Origin: an uncultured delta proteobacterium
GTDB lineage: Bacteria; Desulfobacterota; Binatia; Bin18
Direction: 5' to 3'
Assembly (NCBI GenBank): GCA_963733195.1
Contig: CAVTCR010000019.1
Coordinates: 32,001-96,000, forward strand
DNA length: 64,000 nt
Shown here: positions 43,758-54,009 of the stretch, in pieces
How positions within the stretch are numbered: the first letter of the stretch is position 1
Layout: each line of letters starts with the position of its first letter
The notes under the pieces: model-generated
What the model was told of the DNA's origin: nothing
Database searches by the model: none
Seen by the model: the letters and a program-made list of their open reading frames with translations, nothing else
Made by a program: the position numbers and the translations under genes

Positions 43758-44054
43758 ATGACACAATCCCAATTCATTATCGAAGAAGTAACCGATCCAC
43801 AAGAAATCTCCCGTGCCCAAGCTCAAGATGAGCGGCATCGTCGCAACTCCGACTGGCTACAGGCCCATTGGGCGGATGTCCTACCCCAGGCTCGTGGTAA
43901 ATTCCTCGCCGTTGCAGAACAAGAGGCATTTATTGCCGATACGGCGGCAGCGGCGTGGGCATGGGCTGCGGCTACACACCCAGAGGATGATGGAGCCATA
44001 GTCCGCTACATCCGTACCGACAAAGGACCACGCATCTATGGTAATCGTCGGTGA
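43758..44054 (+). CDS. Small hypothetical protein (DUF5678-like), partner of the aspartyl protease
   Basis: RBS GAGGGAG; WLQAHW..VLPQARGKFLAVA; overlaps the next ORF by 17 nt. Confidence 0.68.
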   Translation: MTQSQFIIEEVTDPQEISRAQAQDERHRRNSDWLQAHWADVLPQARGKFLAVAEQEAFIADTAAAAWAWAAATHPEDDGAIVRYIRTDKGPRIYGNRR

Positions 44055-44478
44055 GTGGCAACTGTTCGACGATGGCGTCACGCGACCTATCGTGCGCGCC
44101 AAGGTCCACAAGGGAGACAGCACCCTGATCGCGGAGGATTTTCTCATTGACAGTGGCGCAGACCGTACGGTCTTTCGGGCCGCACTCCTTGAGCAATTGC
44201 ATATTCCTGCTCAGGAGCCGCCCTTGGATGTTACTCTGAGTGGCATTGGTGGAACAAGTGAGTTTGTATTGGTAACAACTATCATAGAGTTTATCCGTGA
44301 TGGTGGCAGGCCGGTACGAGTCCGGGGTGAATTTGCCGGCTTTACCGATCCCACAGCAACAGACTTAAGCGTTCTCGGACGTGACGTCCTGGATAATTTC
44401 GATCTGATTCTCAGTCGTCGTCGTAACGAGATTTTATTGCTTGCCCCCAACCATCAGTATCACGTGGAGCAGACCTGA
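44038..44478 (+). CDS. Retropepsin-like aspartyl protease
   Basis: RPIVRAKV, FLIDSGADRT, GIGG, SVLGRDVL. Confidence 0.85.
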   Translation: MVIVGEWQLFDDGVTRPIVRAKVHKGDSTLIAEDFLIDSGADRTVFRAALLEQLHIPAQEPPLDVTLSGIGGTSEFVLVTTIIEFIRDGGRPVRVRGEFAGFTDPTATDLSVLGRDVLDNFDLILSRRRNEILLLAPNHQYHVEQT

Positions 44479-44672
44479 CTTCCTCTCCCATAATATCTCC
44501 GCGAGCTTTCCACTCGCTTCCATACCGTCCGCAGAGAGCCAGCACTTGCCATCGCCCCTTGTGCCGCTTGAAACATAGCGTAATAAGCCCGACTCGCCGC
44601 TGAATTCACCAGTCCTTCCTGCAAACAGAGTTGCGCCGCTTTTAACGATTCCTGCGCTCGTTCTAAATCCAC
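44460..44672 (-). pseudogene. Truncated HEPN-domain gene
   Basis: RAQESLKAAQLCL...AASRAYYAMFQAA; only 70 aa, central region missing. Confidence 0.7.
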
Positions 44673-45040
44673 CCTGTCAACGTCTCTCCCCTATCATTTT
44701 GGGTCAAATAGCGCCCATCGCAAAATCCTCACGATTTCCTCTTGAAATCCTCTCCTTTTCATCGAGCTTTCTGACCTGCGTCTCGTTAGATTCGCCTCGT
44801 CATTTTGAGCGCGGAAGCAGGGAGCGAAGTGCTCTCGCCTCTGTTTTCGCGCCAAGAAAGGAGGTGATGTCCTTTGCGGGCCAGAGCGCTTCTTCAAGGC
44901 GGATAGGAACATTGATCGGACAACCTATTGGAACAGAAAGGAGGTGAGATGAGCCTAACTGACAATAACCAACACGAAAAACACGAGGCCGAAATTCTCT
45001 TGTCGTTCTAACCAACAAATCAAAAGAGAAAGGACACATT

Positions 45041-46321
45041 ATGAAAAAGATCTTCACATTTTGGTTCGTGCTGGCTGCTCTGGCCAGTCATGTCACAACA
45101 CTTGCGTATGGTGACGCCGTTCTGGATTGGAACCAGCATGCGGCTACTGCCATCGCTTCCCCAGCACCCACCGGGGCCGGGAAACCTGCGGCCATTGGGC
45201 TGGTGGACTTAGCAATCGTCCATACCGCCATCTATGACGCCGTCAACGCCATCGCCGGCTTCCCCTTTGAGCCCTATTATGAGGTCACCCCGACAGTAAC
45301 CATGCCTGCTTCACCCGAGGCGGCCGCCGCTACCGCTGGCCACGATACGTTGGTGGCGCTCTTCCCCGCGCAACAGGCCGACCTTGATACCAAGTATGCC
45401 GTATCGTTGGCTCAGATCCCCGACGGTCCAGCCAAAACCAATGGCATTGCGGTCGGGCAGCAGACTGCCGCCGGGATTCTTCCTTGCGGGCGGACGATGG
45501 CCGCAATGACGCCGTCTCCTATACGCCCGGCAGTGGCCCTGGAGTGTGGAACCCGACACCACCCGCGTTCCTTCAGCCCCAAACCCCACAGTTGGCTACC
45601 GTCCTCCCCTGGACGCTGGATAGCCCCGAGCAGTTTCGTGCTCCTGGCCCGCCCAAACTGACCAGTAAACGCTGGGCACGGGAGTATAATGAGGTCAAGA
45701 GCTTAGGGCGGGCAACTGGCAGTACGCGTACGCCCGAGCAGACCAGCATCGGCGTCTTCTGGGCGGACCAGCCACTGCTGCAATGGAATCGGGCGTGGCG
45801 CGGCATCGCCATCAACCAGGGCCTCTCGCTCGAAGAGAATGCCCGCTTCTTTGCGCTGCTGGCTATGGTCAGTGCGGACTCCTGTATCGCCTGCTGGGAT
45901 TCGAAGTATTTTTATAACTTCTGGCGACCGGTGACCGCGATCCGGGCGGGGACACGGATGGGAATTCGAAGACCGCGCCGGACCCGGAGTGGACGGCCTA
46001 GTGGTGACACCCAATCACCCTGAGTACCCGTCTGCCCACGGCTGCTATAGCGGGGCGGTCACGCACGCCTTGCGGTTCTTCTTCGGGACGGATGAGGTCA
46101 CGTTCACCATCGATAGCAATGTGCCCGACCCTACAGACCTTACAAAACCACTACCAATAGTGCGCTCCTACAGCAGTTTCTCGCAGGCGCTGGAGGAGGT
46201 GCTCGATGCCCGTGTCTACGGAGGGATGCACTACCGCATCTCGACTCGTCATGGGGAGAAGATCGGCAAGCAGGTCGCCCGCTTTGCCTGGAAGCACTTC
46301 TTCCGCCCCGCTAAACCGTAA
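45041..46321 (+). CDS. Secreted vanadium-dependent haloperoxidase/PAP2-superfamily protein (two frameshifts)
   Basis: Signal peptide, DAVLDWN, KYFYNFWRP, HPEYPSAHG, ARVYGGMHY. Confidence 0.88.
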
Positions 46322-46334
46322 GGCGGCAAGCAGA

Positions 46335-46359
46335 GCAGGGTGGGCTGTGCTCACCCTGC
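46335..46359. repeat. REP-like palindrome/terminator
   Basis: gcagggtgggc-tgt-gctcaccctgc just after the stop codon. Confidence 0.6.
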
Positions 46360-46453
46360 TGAGTGAGGATGAGCGTTCGAAACGAGAAACATAACGATTA
46401 GTGAATAGATTCATTGAGATTTATTGGATTGGTCCACATTTGTAGTCACTTCT

Positions 46454-46481
46454 GGTGAGGCATATGGCAATATGCCTCACC
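46454..46481. terminator. Perfect 12-bp hairpin between convergent genes (REP-like)
   Basis: ggtgaggcatat-ggca-atatgcctcacc. Confidence 0.6.
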
Positions 46482-46568
46482 GGCTGAAGTCTGGTTTAGC
46501 ACCCGAGTATTCTCTCTAACTTTGTGTTCTGAGAAGAGGAAGCTGTGCGTGTAGCATCGCTTACGTTA

Positions 46569-46778
46569 CTACTCTTCTTTCAATTGTTTCTCACACTGAG
46601 TTATCTCTTCACGAAACAAGGCTAACTTCTCTTCATCGCCAAGCGCTAACGCCAACACCTCTCCTTCACGAAACGCAGCTAGAGCGTGCTCGAACTGGCC
46701 CTTGGCAAGAAAGACTCCCGCTTTGCGAAATATACGGCTTATCTGTGCCGCCGGAGTACGAGGAGTTGACTCAGTCAT
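46569..46778 (-). CDS. Small TPR-like hypothetical protein
   Basis: Helical; AGVFLAKGQFEHALAAFREG..LA..LGD; start overlaps the dciA stop. Confidence 0.65.
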   Translation of the reverse strand: MTESTPRTPAAQISRIFRKAGVFLAKGQFEHALAAFREGEVLALALGDEEKLALFREEITQCEKQLKEE

Positions 46779-47248
46779 GAGATGGCCCTTTTCGTGTTAA
46801 ACGGCGACGACGAGCGTTAAGCATACGCGCAAAAGCTGCGGCAAGCTCGGCATTGTCTAGTGGAGGAAGTCGTAGTTCGGTGAACGGCGGTAGCGGTTGC
46901 TTACGCGGACTCGGCTCACGCAAGTGAGAGTTCTCGTACCTGGCCAATAAAAAACTGGAGATCCTTCACCGCTCCGGCACCGAGTTTCTGGTTAAGGCGG
47001 TCGCGGAGACGTACTTTCATAAACTGCAATTCTTGCATCAGCGCGGAACTAGAGACTGTCACAAAAAGTTTTCCATTGTGAATCTTGCTTGGCCGCGCTT
47101 TGCGTGCAAGCGCTTCTCCCACCACCTCTTCCCATACCTGCCATACTTGATACTCTCGCCATCGTGCCGTATTCGCAAGCTGAGGAACCAGCCCTGACAA
47201 CACGTCTGAGGTCGCTTTCCACGATGAATTTTCAGTGCGCCGTGACAT
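46771..47248 (-). CDS. dciA: DUF721/DciA helicase-loader family protein, frameshift near 46925
   Basis: WEEVVGEALA..ARP..I..GKLFVTVSSSA..QELQFMK...RLN. Confidence 0.8.
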
Positions 47249-47331
47249 CGAAACCATCATCTCGTAAAAAAACCTGAGAAAAAAGAGGCATTTTCTCGTT
47301 TGCCATAAATTGTGTTCACTTTTGCTTGACA

Positions 47332-47378
47332 ATACTATATATTGTGGTAATCAAAACCATCAGCACAATCGATAGAGT
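47332..47378 (+). promoter_or_regulatory. Tandem NrdR boxes upstream of nrdJ
   Basis: atacTATATATtgtgg (47332) and gcacaatcgatagagt (47363), 31 bp apart, abutting TTGACA at 47326. Confidence 0.75.
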
Positions 47379-47406
47379 CTTAGTGACTTCATGAGGAGGA
47401 GGGGGT

Positions 47407-50306
47407 ATGGCGGAAAAGCTGCGTAAGAAGGTGGCTATGGAACAGAATCACGCCTCACGCACCGAAACGGAAGCAGTCATCCAGCAAACGTCGCGGTCTG
47501 AGCTTCAAACGGTACTTCACCCGTCCAGGTATTCATCCGTACGCTGAAGTCGAATGGGAAAAACGAAGCGCCGTAATCTCTGGAGAAAAAGGCGATACCG
47601 TTTTCGAGCAGCATGATGTCGAGATTCCGAAACCGTGGTCACAACTCGCGACCAACGTCGTCGTGTCCAAGTATTTTCGCGGACAGATCGGAACGCCGCA
47701 ACGTGAGCATAGTGTCAAACAGTTGATCGGTCGCGTGGTTGACACCATCACCGGATGGGGCCGCAAGGATGGCTATTTCGCCAGCGAAGAAGATGCACTG
47801 GTCTTTGCCGAAGAACTGACGCACCTCCTCGTCGAGCAGCGACTCGCATTCAACAGCCCAGTCTGGTTCAATGTTGGCGTCGAACCTCACCCGCAGTGTA
47901 GTGCGTGTTTCATCCTTTCGGTTGACGACAAGATGGATTCTATTCTTGACTGGTACCGCAAAGAAGGCGTCATCTTTAAAGGCGGTTCAGGTTCAGGGGT
48001 GAACCTTTCGCGTATCCGCTCCTCGAAAGAGCGCTTAGCCGGCGGTGGCACGGCCTCTGGTCCAGTTTCGTTTATGCGCGCAGCCGACGCTTCAGCTGGA
48101 GTCATCAAGTCAGGTGGCAAAACCCGCCGTGCTGCAAAGATGGTCGTGTTGAATGCAGATCATCCCGATGTTCTTGAATTCGTCCAATGCAAAGCAACAG
48201 AAGAAAAGAAGGCATGGGCGTTGATCGAAGCTGGCTACGATAGCTCGATCGACGGTGAAGCCTATGGTTCCGTCTTCTTCCAGAATGCCAACAACTCGGT
48301 CCGGGTCACAGATGACTTCATGCGGGCGGTCGTCGATAATCGTCCGTGGTCGACTCGCTACGTCACTACAGGAGATATTTGCGCGACCCTCTCCGCTCGC
48401 GAGCTTTTACAAAAGATTGCCGAAGCCACCTGGTTCTGTGGTGACCCAGGCATGCAGTTTGATACGACGATCAATGCGTGGCATACCTGCTCGAATACAG
48501 GTCGCATCAACGCATCGAACCCATGCAGCGAATACATGCACCTCGATGACAGTGCGTGTAATCTTGCCTCGCTCAATCTGATGAAGTTTCTCAAAGACGA
48601 CGGCGGGTTTGATTCGACCTCGTTTAAGCATGCGGTCGATATTAGTATCACCGCGCAAGATATCGTGGTGGATAATTCGAGTTATCCCACCAGCGAAATT
48701 ACGGAAACCGCCAAGGCGTTTCGTGAACTTGGCCTTGGATATGCGAATTTGGGCGCATTGCTCATGTCACTCGGTCTTCCCTACGACTCAGAAGCTGGAC
48801 GCCAGTACGCCGGAGCTATCACTGCACTAATGACAGGTGAGGCATATTTGCAGTCTGCCCGCATCGCCGAACAGATGGCACCATTCTCTGGTTATGCAGT
48901 GAATCGCGAACCAATGCTCGGTGTCATCGAGAAGCATCGCACGTATGCGCATAAACTTGATCCCTCGCTTGTCCCGCTCGATTTACTCTCTGACGCACGA
49001 AAATCCTGGGACGAAGCCTTAGCCGTCGGCCGTAAGAGCGGCTATCGCAATTCGCAAGCAACTGTTCTCGCACCAACCGGTACTATCGCCTTCATGATGG
49101 ACTGTGACACAACTGGTGTCGAGCCTGATATCGCGCTTGGTGAAATACAAACGGTTAGTTGGCGGCGGATTGTTGAAAATTGTCAACAACACCGTTCCGC
49201 GTGCACTGAAACGGCTCGGCTATGATAGCAAAGCCATTCAGGCCATCGTCGAATACATCGACGAACACGAAACGATCGAAGGTGCACCGCGGCTCCGCAA
49301 CGAGCATCTGCCGGTATTCGATTGCGCCTTCAAACCGTCGCGTGGCAGCCGGTCGATTCACTACCTCGGACATCTTCGCATGATGGGAGCGGTCCAGCCG
49401 TTCCTTTCTGGGGCGATTTCCAAAACGATTAACATGCCGACCGACGCCACGGTTGAGGATATCACTGAAGCGTACCTCGAAGCGTGGCGGCTAGGACTCA
49501 AAGCCGTCGCGATCTATCGTGACGGATGTAAGCGCGTACAGCCATTGGCTACCGGCGAGAAGAAAGCCGAACAGGCGATTCCTGCAGTGGTTGCGGAACC
49601 AACTCCTATCCGCCGACGACTCCCGAACGATCGCGATGCGATTTGTCATAAATTCGACATTGCTGGTCACGAAGGCTATATCCACGTCGGGTTTTATGAA
49701 GACGGCACTCCAGGTGAGATTTTCATTAAGATGGCGAAAGAAGGTAGTACGATTTCTGGATTGATGGATAGCATCGCTACGCTGACGTCGCTTGCGCTCC
49801 AATACGGGGTGCCGCTCGAAGCCTTGGTCAGCAAATTCGGCCATGTACGTTTTGAGCCCTCGGGCTTCACCAAGAACCCAGAGATTCCCTACGCAAAGTC
49901 ACTCACAGATTATATCTTCCGCTTCTTGGGCAACCGCTTCTTACCAGCCGAACAAAGCCAGGACGCCAGCCTGAGTGAAGGGAACGGCCAGCGAGAGTCC
50001 TCACGAGGTGAGATTGAGCGAGCGCATCATCCAGCAGCCCTCACGGATGGAGCCAGGGCGACGCTCAGCGGCACCGCCTCACTGCAGGCAAACAGTGCAG
50101 CAGTGGCGTATATCAACGGTGCTCACCCCTCCCACGAGGATTCTCTCCGGTCAGCGCCTACTGATGTACACTCTTCAACATCAGTGAGTAGAACATGGCA
50201 GTCACAAGCTGATGCGCCGAGTTGTGCCGACTGTGGATCAATCATGATTCGTAACGGGTCGTGTTACAAATGTCTCAACTGTGGCGCGACCAGTGGTTGC
50301 TCGTGA
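47407..50306 (+). CDS. nrdJ: Vitamin B12-dependent (class II) ribonucleotide reductase, frameshifts near 47520-47600 and 49140
   Basis: FNSPVWFN, QCSACFI, GSGSG, SNPCSEY, CNLAS, GLGYANLG, APTGT, SGAISKT, YRDG, TSCPD-like domain, C-terminal Zn ribbon. Confidence 0.95.
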
Positions 50307-50415
50307 GTAACCACCGATGAGATAGCGGTTCCAGGTTTGGGTGAGGAGGCATTGCGACGGGGGTGCGTAGCGGAGAGGAGCCTCCGGGGGAGGGAGTGGG
50401 CCGGATATGAACCGG

Positions 50416-50439
50416 GCGGGGCGTCGTTCAGACGCCCCG
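50416..50439 (+). terminator. GC-rich hairpin downstream of nrdJ
   Basis: cggggcgtc-gttca-gacgccccg. Confidence 0.5.
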
Positions 50440-50490
50440 TGGTTGGTATGTATGTCTCAACTCTTCGTCCCTATTTTGTAGAAGCCTTCT

Positions 50491-50763
50491 ATGAGTAGTA
50501 TCACGAGAATCCGCCCGAAAGTTTACACCGTCACAGAATTCGCTTGTTTATTCGCTGTCTCTCCTCGTCTTGTTCGTGATCTGATTCGCAAAGGCGACAT
50601 CCCTGCCCTCAAAATTGGCCGCTCCTATCGCATCCCTCGTCGAGCCGCAGGTGAATACCTCGCGCGCGCGTTACCGTCGGCTCCCCGCTCAGCACCTAAG
50701 CCGCGAGTTCGTGAAGCGGATCAGCTAACGGGGTTTTTGTTTCCAATAGAAACACTACAGTAA
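50491..50763 (+). CDS. Excisionase-like (HTH_17) DNA-binding protein
   Basis: YTVTEFACLFAVSPRLVRDLIRKGDIPALKIGRSYRIP. Confidence 0.8.
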   Translation: MSSITRIRPKVYTVTEFACLFAVSPRLVRDLIRKGDIPALKIGRSYRIPRRAAGEYLARALPSAPRSAPKPRVREADQLTGFLFPIETLQ

Positions 50764-50846
50764 CGCGGCTATATCAAGAGAACTGCACCATCAGTTCCTT
50801 CTGGGGGTAACATTTTTCACCAACCCCAATCCCCAGCCCCTACCCC

Positions 50847-51164
50847 CTAGTTCGATAGCGTCACCGGCATCGGTTCAGGATCAGAGTACGAGATACCGTA
50901 GACAAGGTGCGGTCCTGCGGTCTTCGCAATCGTCACTTTTTTTGGTCCCATACGAGGAGTGATATGCAAAATGAACCCATTCTTCGCGGTTAATAATCGA
51001 CTCAGCTTTTGATTTTGTAAGGAAGGCTGCTCCATACGTCCCCTGCTGTCGCAATTGAAATGACCAACGTTGTCACCATACGGTCTGGTTGTTCATCTGA
51101 CAATAACCTCACGTTCTTCACGTGGGAAGTGACAATTTGTTTTCTCCACCAGCGCGACGCTCAT
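50847..51164 (-). CDS. Hypothetical 105-aa protein with in-frame UGA at codon 24 (candidate selenoprotein, or nonsense mutation/error)
   Basis: RBS GAGGA, ATG 51164; frame continuous with ORF 50847-51035 except for TGA at 51093-95, which is followed by a stem-loop. Confidence 0.5.
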
Positions 51165-51209
51165 TTGTCAATTCCTCACACGTAGTAGAGAGGGGGGAAT
51201 AGCGTATCC

Positions 51210-52166
51210 CTACTCCACCTGTCCACCTTCGGGATGTGCGAGAGCAATTTGCAACAGCAGGTGATGTCGCGGCGGCATAGCGGGTAGATACTGAGGGGCG
51301 AACCACTCTGCAGCCAGAGTCTCAACACCGTCAGGGATCGGTGTTCCGGCCTCAATCTCTGCACGAAAAAGCGCAGCGGCGAGTTGCACCTGGTTCCCGT
51401 CCCGATAGGTATGAAACATTTGCGGCCCAGTAAAGACACCAACCAACTGGGTCGGACAGATGCGGAGCTGTAACTCCTCATACACTTCCCGAACGATTGT
51501 TCCTGCCGGTGTTTCTCCTAATTCCATAATCCCAGCCGGGAGTCCCCAGGTGTGACTATCAGAGCGGAGACCAAGCAGCACCTTACCCTGTGAGTCTTGG
51601 ATAACCGCACCGGCGGTCATCAGCACGATCCGATCGGTCCCGACTACTTCCCGTAGCGGCCATAGATAACTATTCGTTGATGATGTCGATACCGGTACGT
51701 CAAAGTACGGACAGGCATTCGACCGCAGCGTCTCAATCATCGCGACATACCACGGAGGGCACGGACCCGGTAGGTGATCGAGCGAAAAGAATTCACTAAA
51801 GGTAGACTCGTACCCATCGGGATGCAATTCTCCGCCAGTCACAACGCACTCGATCGCCACGGTAAACTGCTGTACTTCGTCGCCGTGGGGATAACGAAAA
51901 TCCCACTGCGGTGACGCGTAGAGCCCGACAAGGCGTTGTACACGGATCTGTAGGCCTGTTTCTTCTCGTACTTCTCGAACGACACACTCACTAAATGTTT
52001 CACCAATCTCAACAATGCCGCCGGGCAAACCCCACCAATCAAAATCGCTACGACGTTGGAAAAGGACACGCCCTTCAGCATCCCGAATCAGTCCTGTCGC
52101 GTAAGAAAGGAGCGTCTTTCGAGGACCGATTTTGCTACGGAGCCAGGAGATATAATCAGCAAACAT
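51210..52166 (-). CDS. Tandem two-domain NUDIX hydrolase
   Basis: Two Nudix boxes: PGG..EIGE.....VREVREETG and PAG..ELGE.....VREVYEELQ. Confidence 0.9.
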   Translation of the reverse strand: MFADYISWLRSKIGPRKTLLSYATGLIRDAEGRVLFQRRSDFDWWGLPGGIVEIGETFSECVVREVREETGLQIRVQRLVGLYASPQWDFRYPHGDEVQQFTVAIECVVTGGELHPDGYESTFSEFFSLDHLPGPCPPWYVAMIETLRSNACPYFDVPVSTSSTNSYLWPLREVVGTDRIVLMTAGAVIQDSQGKVLLGLRSDSHTWGLPAGIMELGETPAGTIVREVYEELQLRICPTQLVGVFTGPQMFHTYRDGNQVQLAAALFRAEIEAGTPIPDGVETLAAEWFAPQYLPAMPPRHHLLLQIALAHPEGGQVE

Positions 52167-52225
52167 AGGAAAAGGGGGAAGGAGCAGGAGACAGGGACCA
52201 GAAAGAAAAGAGTATCCCTTTCGGC

Positions 52226-53926
52226 TCACTCGTCTTGCGTTACACGCAGGACCTCGGATACGGTCGTCGTCCCTTCTCGAACCTTGCGCCAACCATCTTC
52301 ACGGAGCGTGCGCATCCCCTGAGAGACAGCCAGATTCTTGATGATGTCAGACGAGGTGTGCTTAAGAACCGACTGCCGCACTCCTTCGTTAATGAGCAAG
52401 AGCTCGAAGATACCACTGCGACCATGATAGCCGCTCATATCACAGGCTTCACAGCCTCGCGCGTCATACGCCGCCATGGGTGTCCCATGCGCTCCGTTCG
52501 TCCCGTCGGCGATATTGCCGTTATCGCTGAGTTTTACTCCACCCTCGATCGGACGACGACAGTGCGGACACAGCGTGCGTACCAACCGCTGAGCCATCAC
52601 TGCCAGGAGTGAAGAGGCAAGCAGATAATCCTCCACTCCCATTTCGAGTAGGCGAGAAATCGCTCCTGACGCATCATTGGTATGCAGCGTTGAAAAGACG
52701 AGATGACCAGTTAAGGCAGCTTGCACTGCAATCTCAGCCGTTTCAAAGTCACGAATTTCGCCGACCATGATAACGTCAGGATCTTGCCGCACAATCGAAC
52801 GGAGGCCGTTGGCGAAGGTGAGACCAATTTGCGGCTTAACATGAATCTGGTTAACGCCAGCCAGTTGATACTCAACCGGGTCCTCGATCGTGATGATCTT
52901 TTTATCTGGTGAATTGATTTTATCGAGCGCACCATACAGTGTCGTGGTTTTCCCACTCCCGGTCGGACCGGTCACAAGAATCATCCCATAGGGTCGTGTG
53001 ATCTGAGCCTCAAACTCACTCATTGTATCAGTCGGAAACCCGAGCGTTTCAAGGCTGACACTAATGCTTGAGCGGTCGAGAATACGCATGACCACGCTCT
53101 CACCGTACAGCGTCGGCAAGGTTGACACACGGAGATCGATTTCCCGCCCTAACATGCGAAGCTTAATGCGCCCGTCTTGCGGGAGCCGCCGCTCGGCAAT
53201 GTTGAGTTTAGCCATTAGTTTCACACGCGAAATCAACGCGGCCTGCAGCTTGCGCGGGGGAGCCTCGACGTCGTGCAGTATCCCATCGATGCGGTACCGT
53301 ATCTGGAGTTCTTTTTCAAACGGTTCGATATGAATATCTGAAGCGCGGCGCTCAAGCGCTCGCGCGATTAGCGTGTTCACCAAGCGAATGACTGGCGCTT
53401 CACTGGCAAGGTCACGGAGATGTTCGACATCTTCTTGATCATCCTGCAAGTATTCAACTTCCCCGGTCTCATTTTCACCGTTCCGTTCACTGGAGCCTGT
53501 TGTCCCGTCCGCATAATAGGTATTGAGCGCTTCAAGAATGTCGCGCTCCCGTGCAAGGCAACGCCGAAGCCGTAACCCCGTGGCTTTTTGGAGTGACTCA
53601 ACCACGTAAAAGTCTCCCGGATCGACCATAGCCACAGCGAGTTGCCCATCCTGTACAGCGAGTGGACAGACGCGAGCTTGACGAAAAAATCCAGGGTTAA
53701 TACTCGTAAAAGATGGAGGTGATTGCGGAAAGTCTCGGGGGTTGAGAATCGGCGCTTGGTAGTACTCGGAGAGGAAATTCATAAGATCGTCCTCGGAAAG
53801 AAATCCGAGTTCAACGAGGAGCCGTTCGAGAGATTCACTCCGTTCCTGCTGCACGCGTTGTACGCGTCGTAGATCCTCAACAGAAACTTTACCGGTTGCC
53901 AATAGTAAAGATTCAAAGCGGGTCAT
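52226..53926 (-). CDS. gspE: Type II secretion/pilus ATPase, GspE/PulE family
   Basis: ASDIHIEP, NIAERRLPQDG, GPTGSGKTTT, TIEDPVE, RQDPD.IMVGEIRD, TGHLVFSTLHTN. Confidence 0.92.
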   Translation of the reverse strand: MTRFESLLLATGKVSVEDLRRVQRVQQERSESLERLLVELGFLSEDDLMNFLSEYYQAPILNPRDFPQSPPSFTSINPGFFRQARVCPLAVQDGQLAVAMVDPGDFYVVESLQKATGLRLRRCLARERDILEALNTYYADGTTGSSERNGENETGEVEYLQDDQEDVEHLRDLASEAPVIRLVNTLIARALERRASDIHIEPFEKELQIRYRIDGILHDVEAPPRKLQAALISRVKLMAKLNIAERRLPQDGRIKLRMLGREIDLRVSTLPTLYGESVVMRILDRSSISVSLETLGFPTDTMSEFEAQITRPYGMILVTGPTGSGKTTTLYGALDKINSPDKKIITIEDPVEYQLAGVNQIHVKPQIGLTFANGLRSIVRQDPDVIMVGEIRDFETAEIAVQAALTGHLVFSTLHTNDASGAISRLLEMGVEDYLLASSLLAVMAQRLVRTLCPHCRRPIEGGVKLSDNGNIADGTNGAHGTPMAAYDARGCEACDMSGYHGRSGIFELLLINEGVRQSVLKHTSSDIIKNLAVSQGMRTLREDGWRKVREGTTTVSEVLRVTQDE

Positions 53927-54009
53927 AGTCGGTTACCGGCGTTGCACCATCTCCTCAATCTACCGTTATCGGATACGAGAGAGCAGGCTATAATTGCCCC
54001 CGCGTAGAC

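Noticed and set aside
44858-45040. Two perfect AAGGAGGTGA SD motifs suggesting leader peptides before the haloperoxidase
   Set aside because: Spacing to the ATGs is very short and the peptides are featureless; not supportable without conservation data.
47407-50306. Intein or intron in nrdJ
   Set aside because: No splicing motifs or homing endonuclease; the low-complexity stretch near the C-terminus is a linker.
50307-50490. ncRNA or cobalamin riboswitch after nrdJ
   Set aside because: G-rich with one hairpin, but no B12 box or tRNA fold recognised, and it lies downstream of the gene.
50491-50763. Prophage/ICE boundary suggested by the excisionase-like gene
   Set aside because: No integrase, tRNA, att repeat or phage genes nearby.
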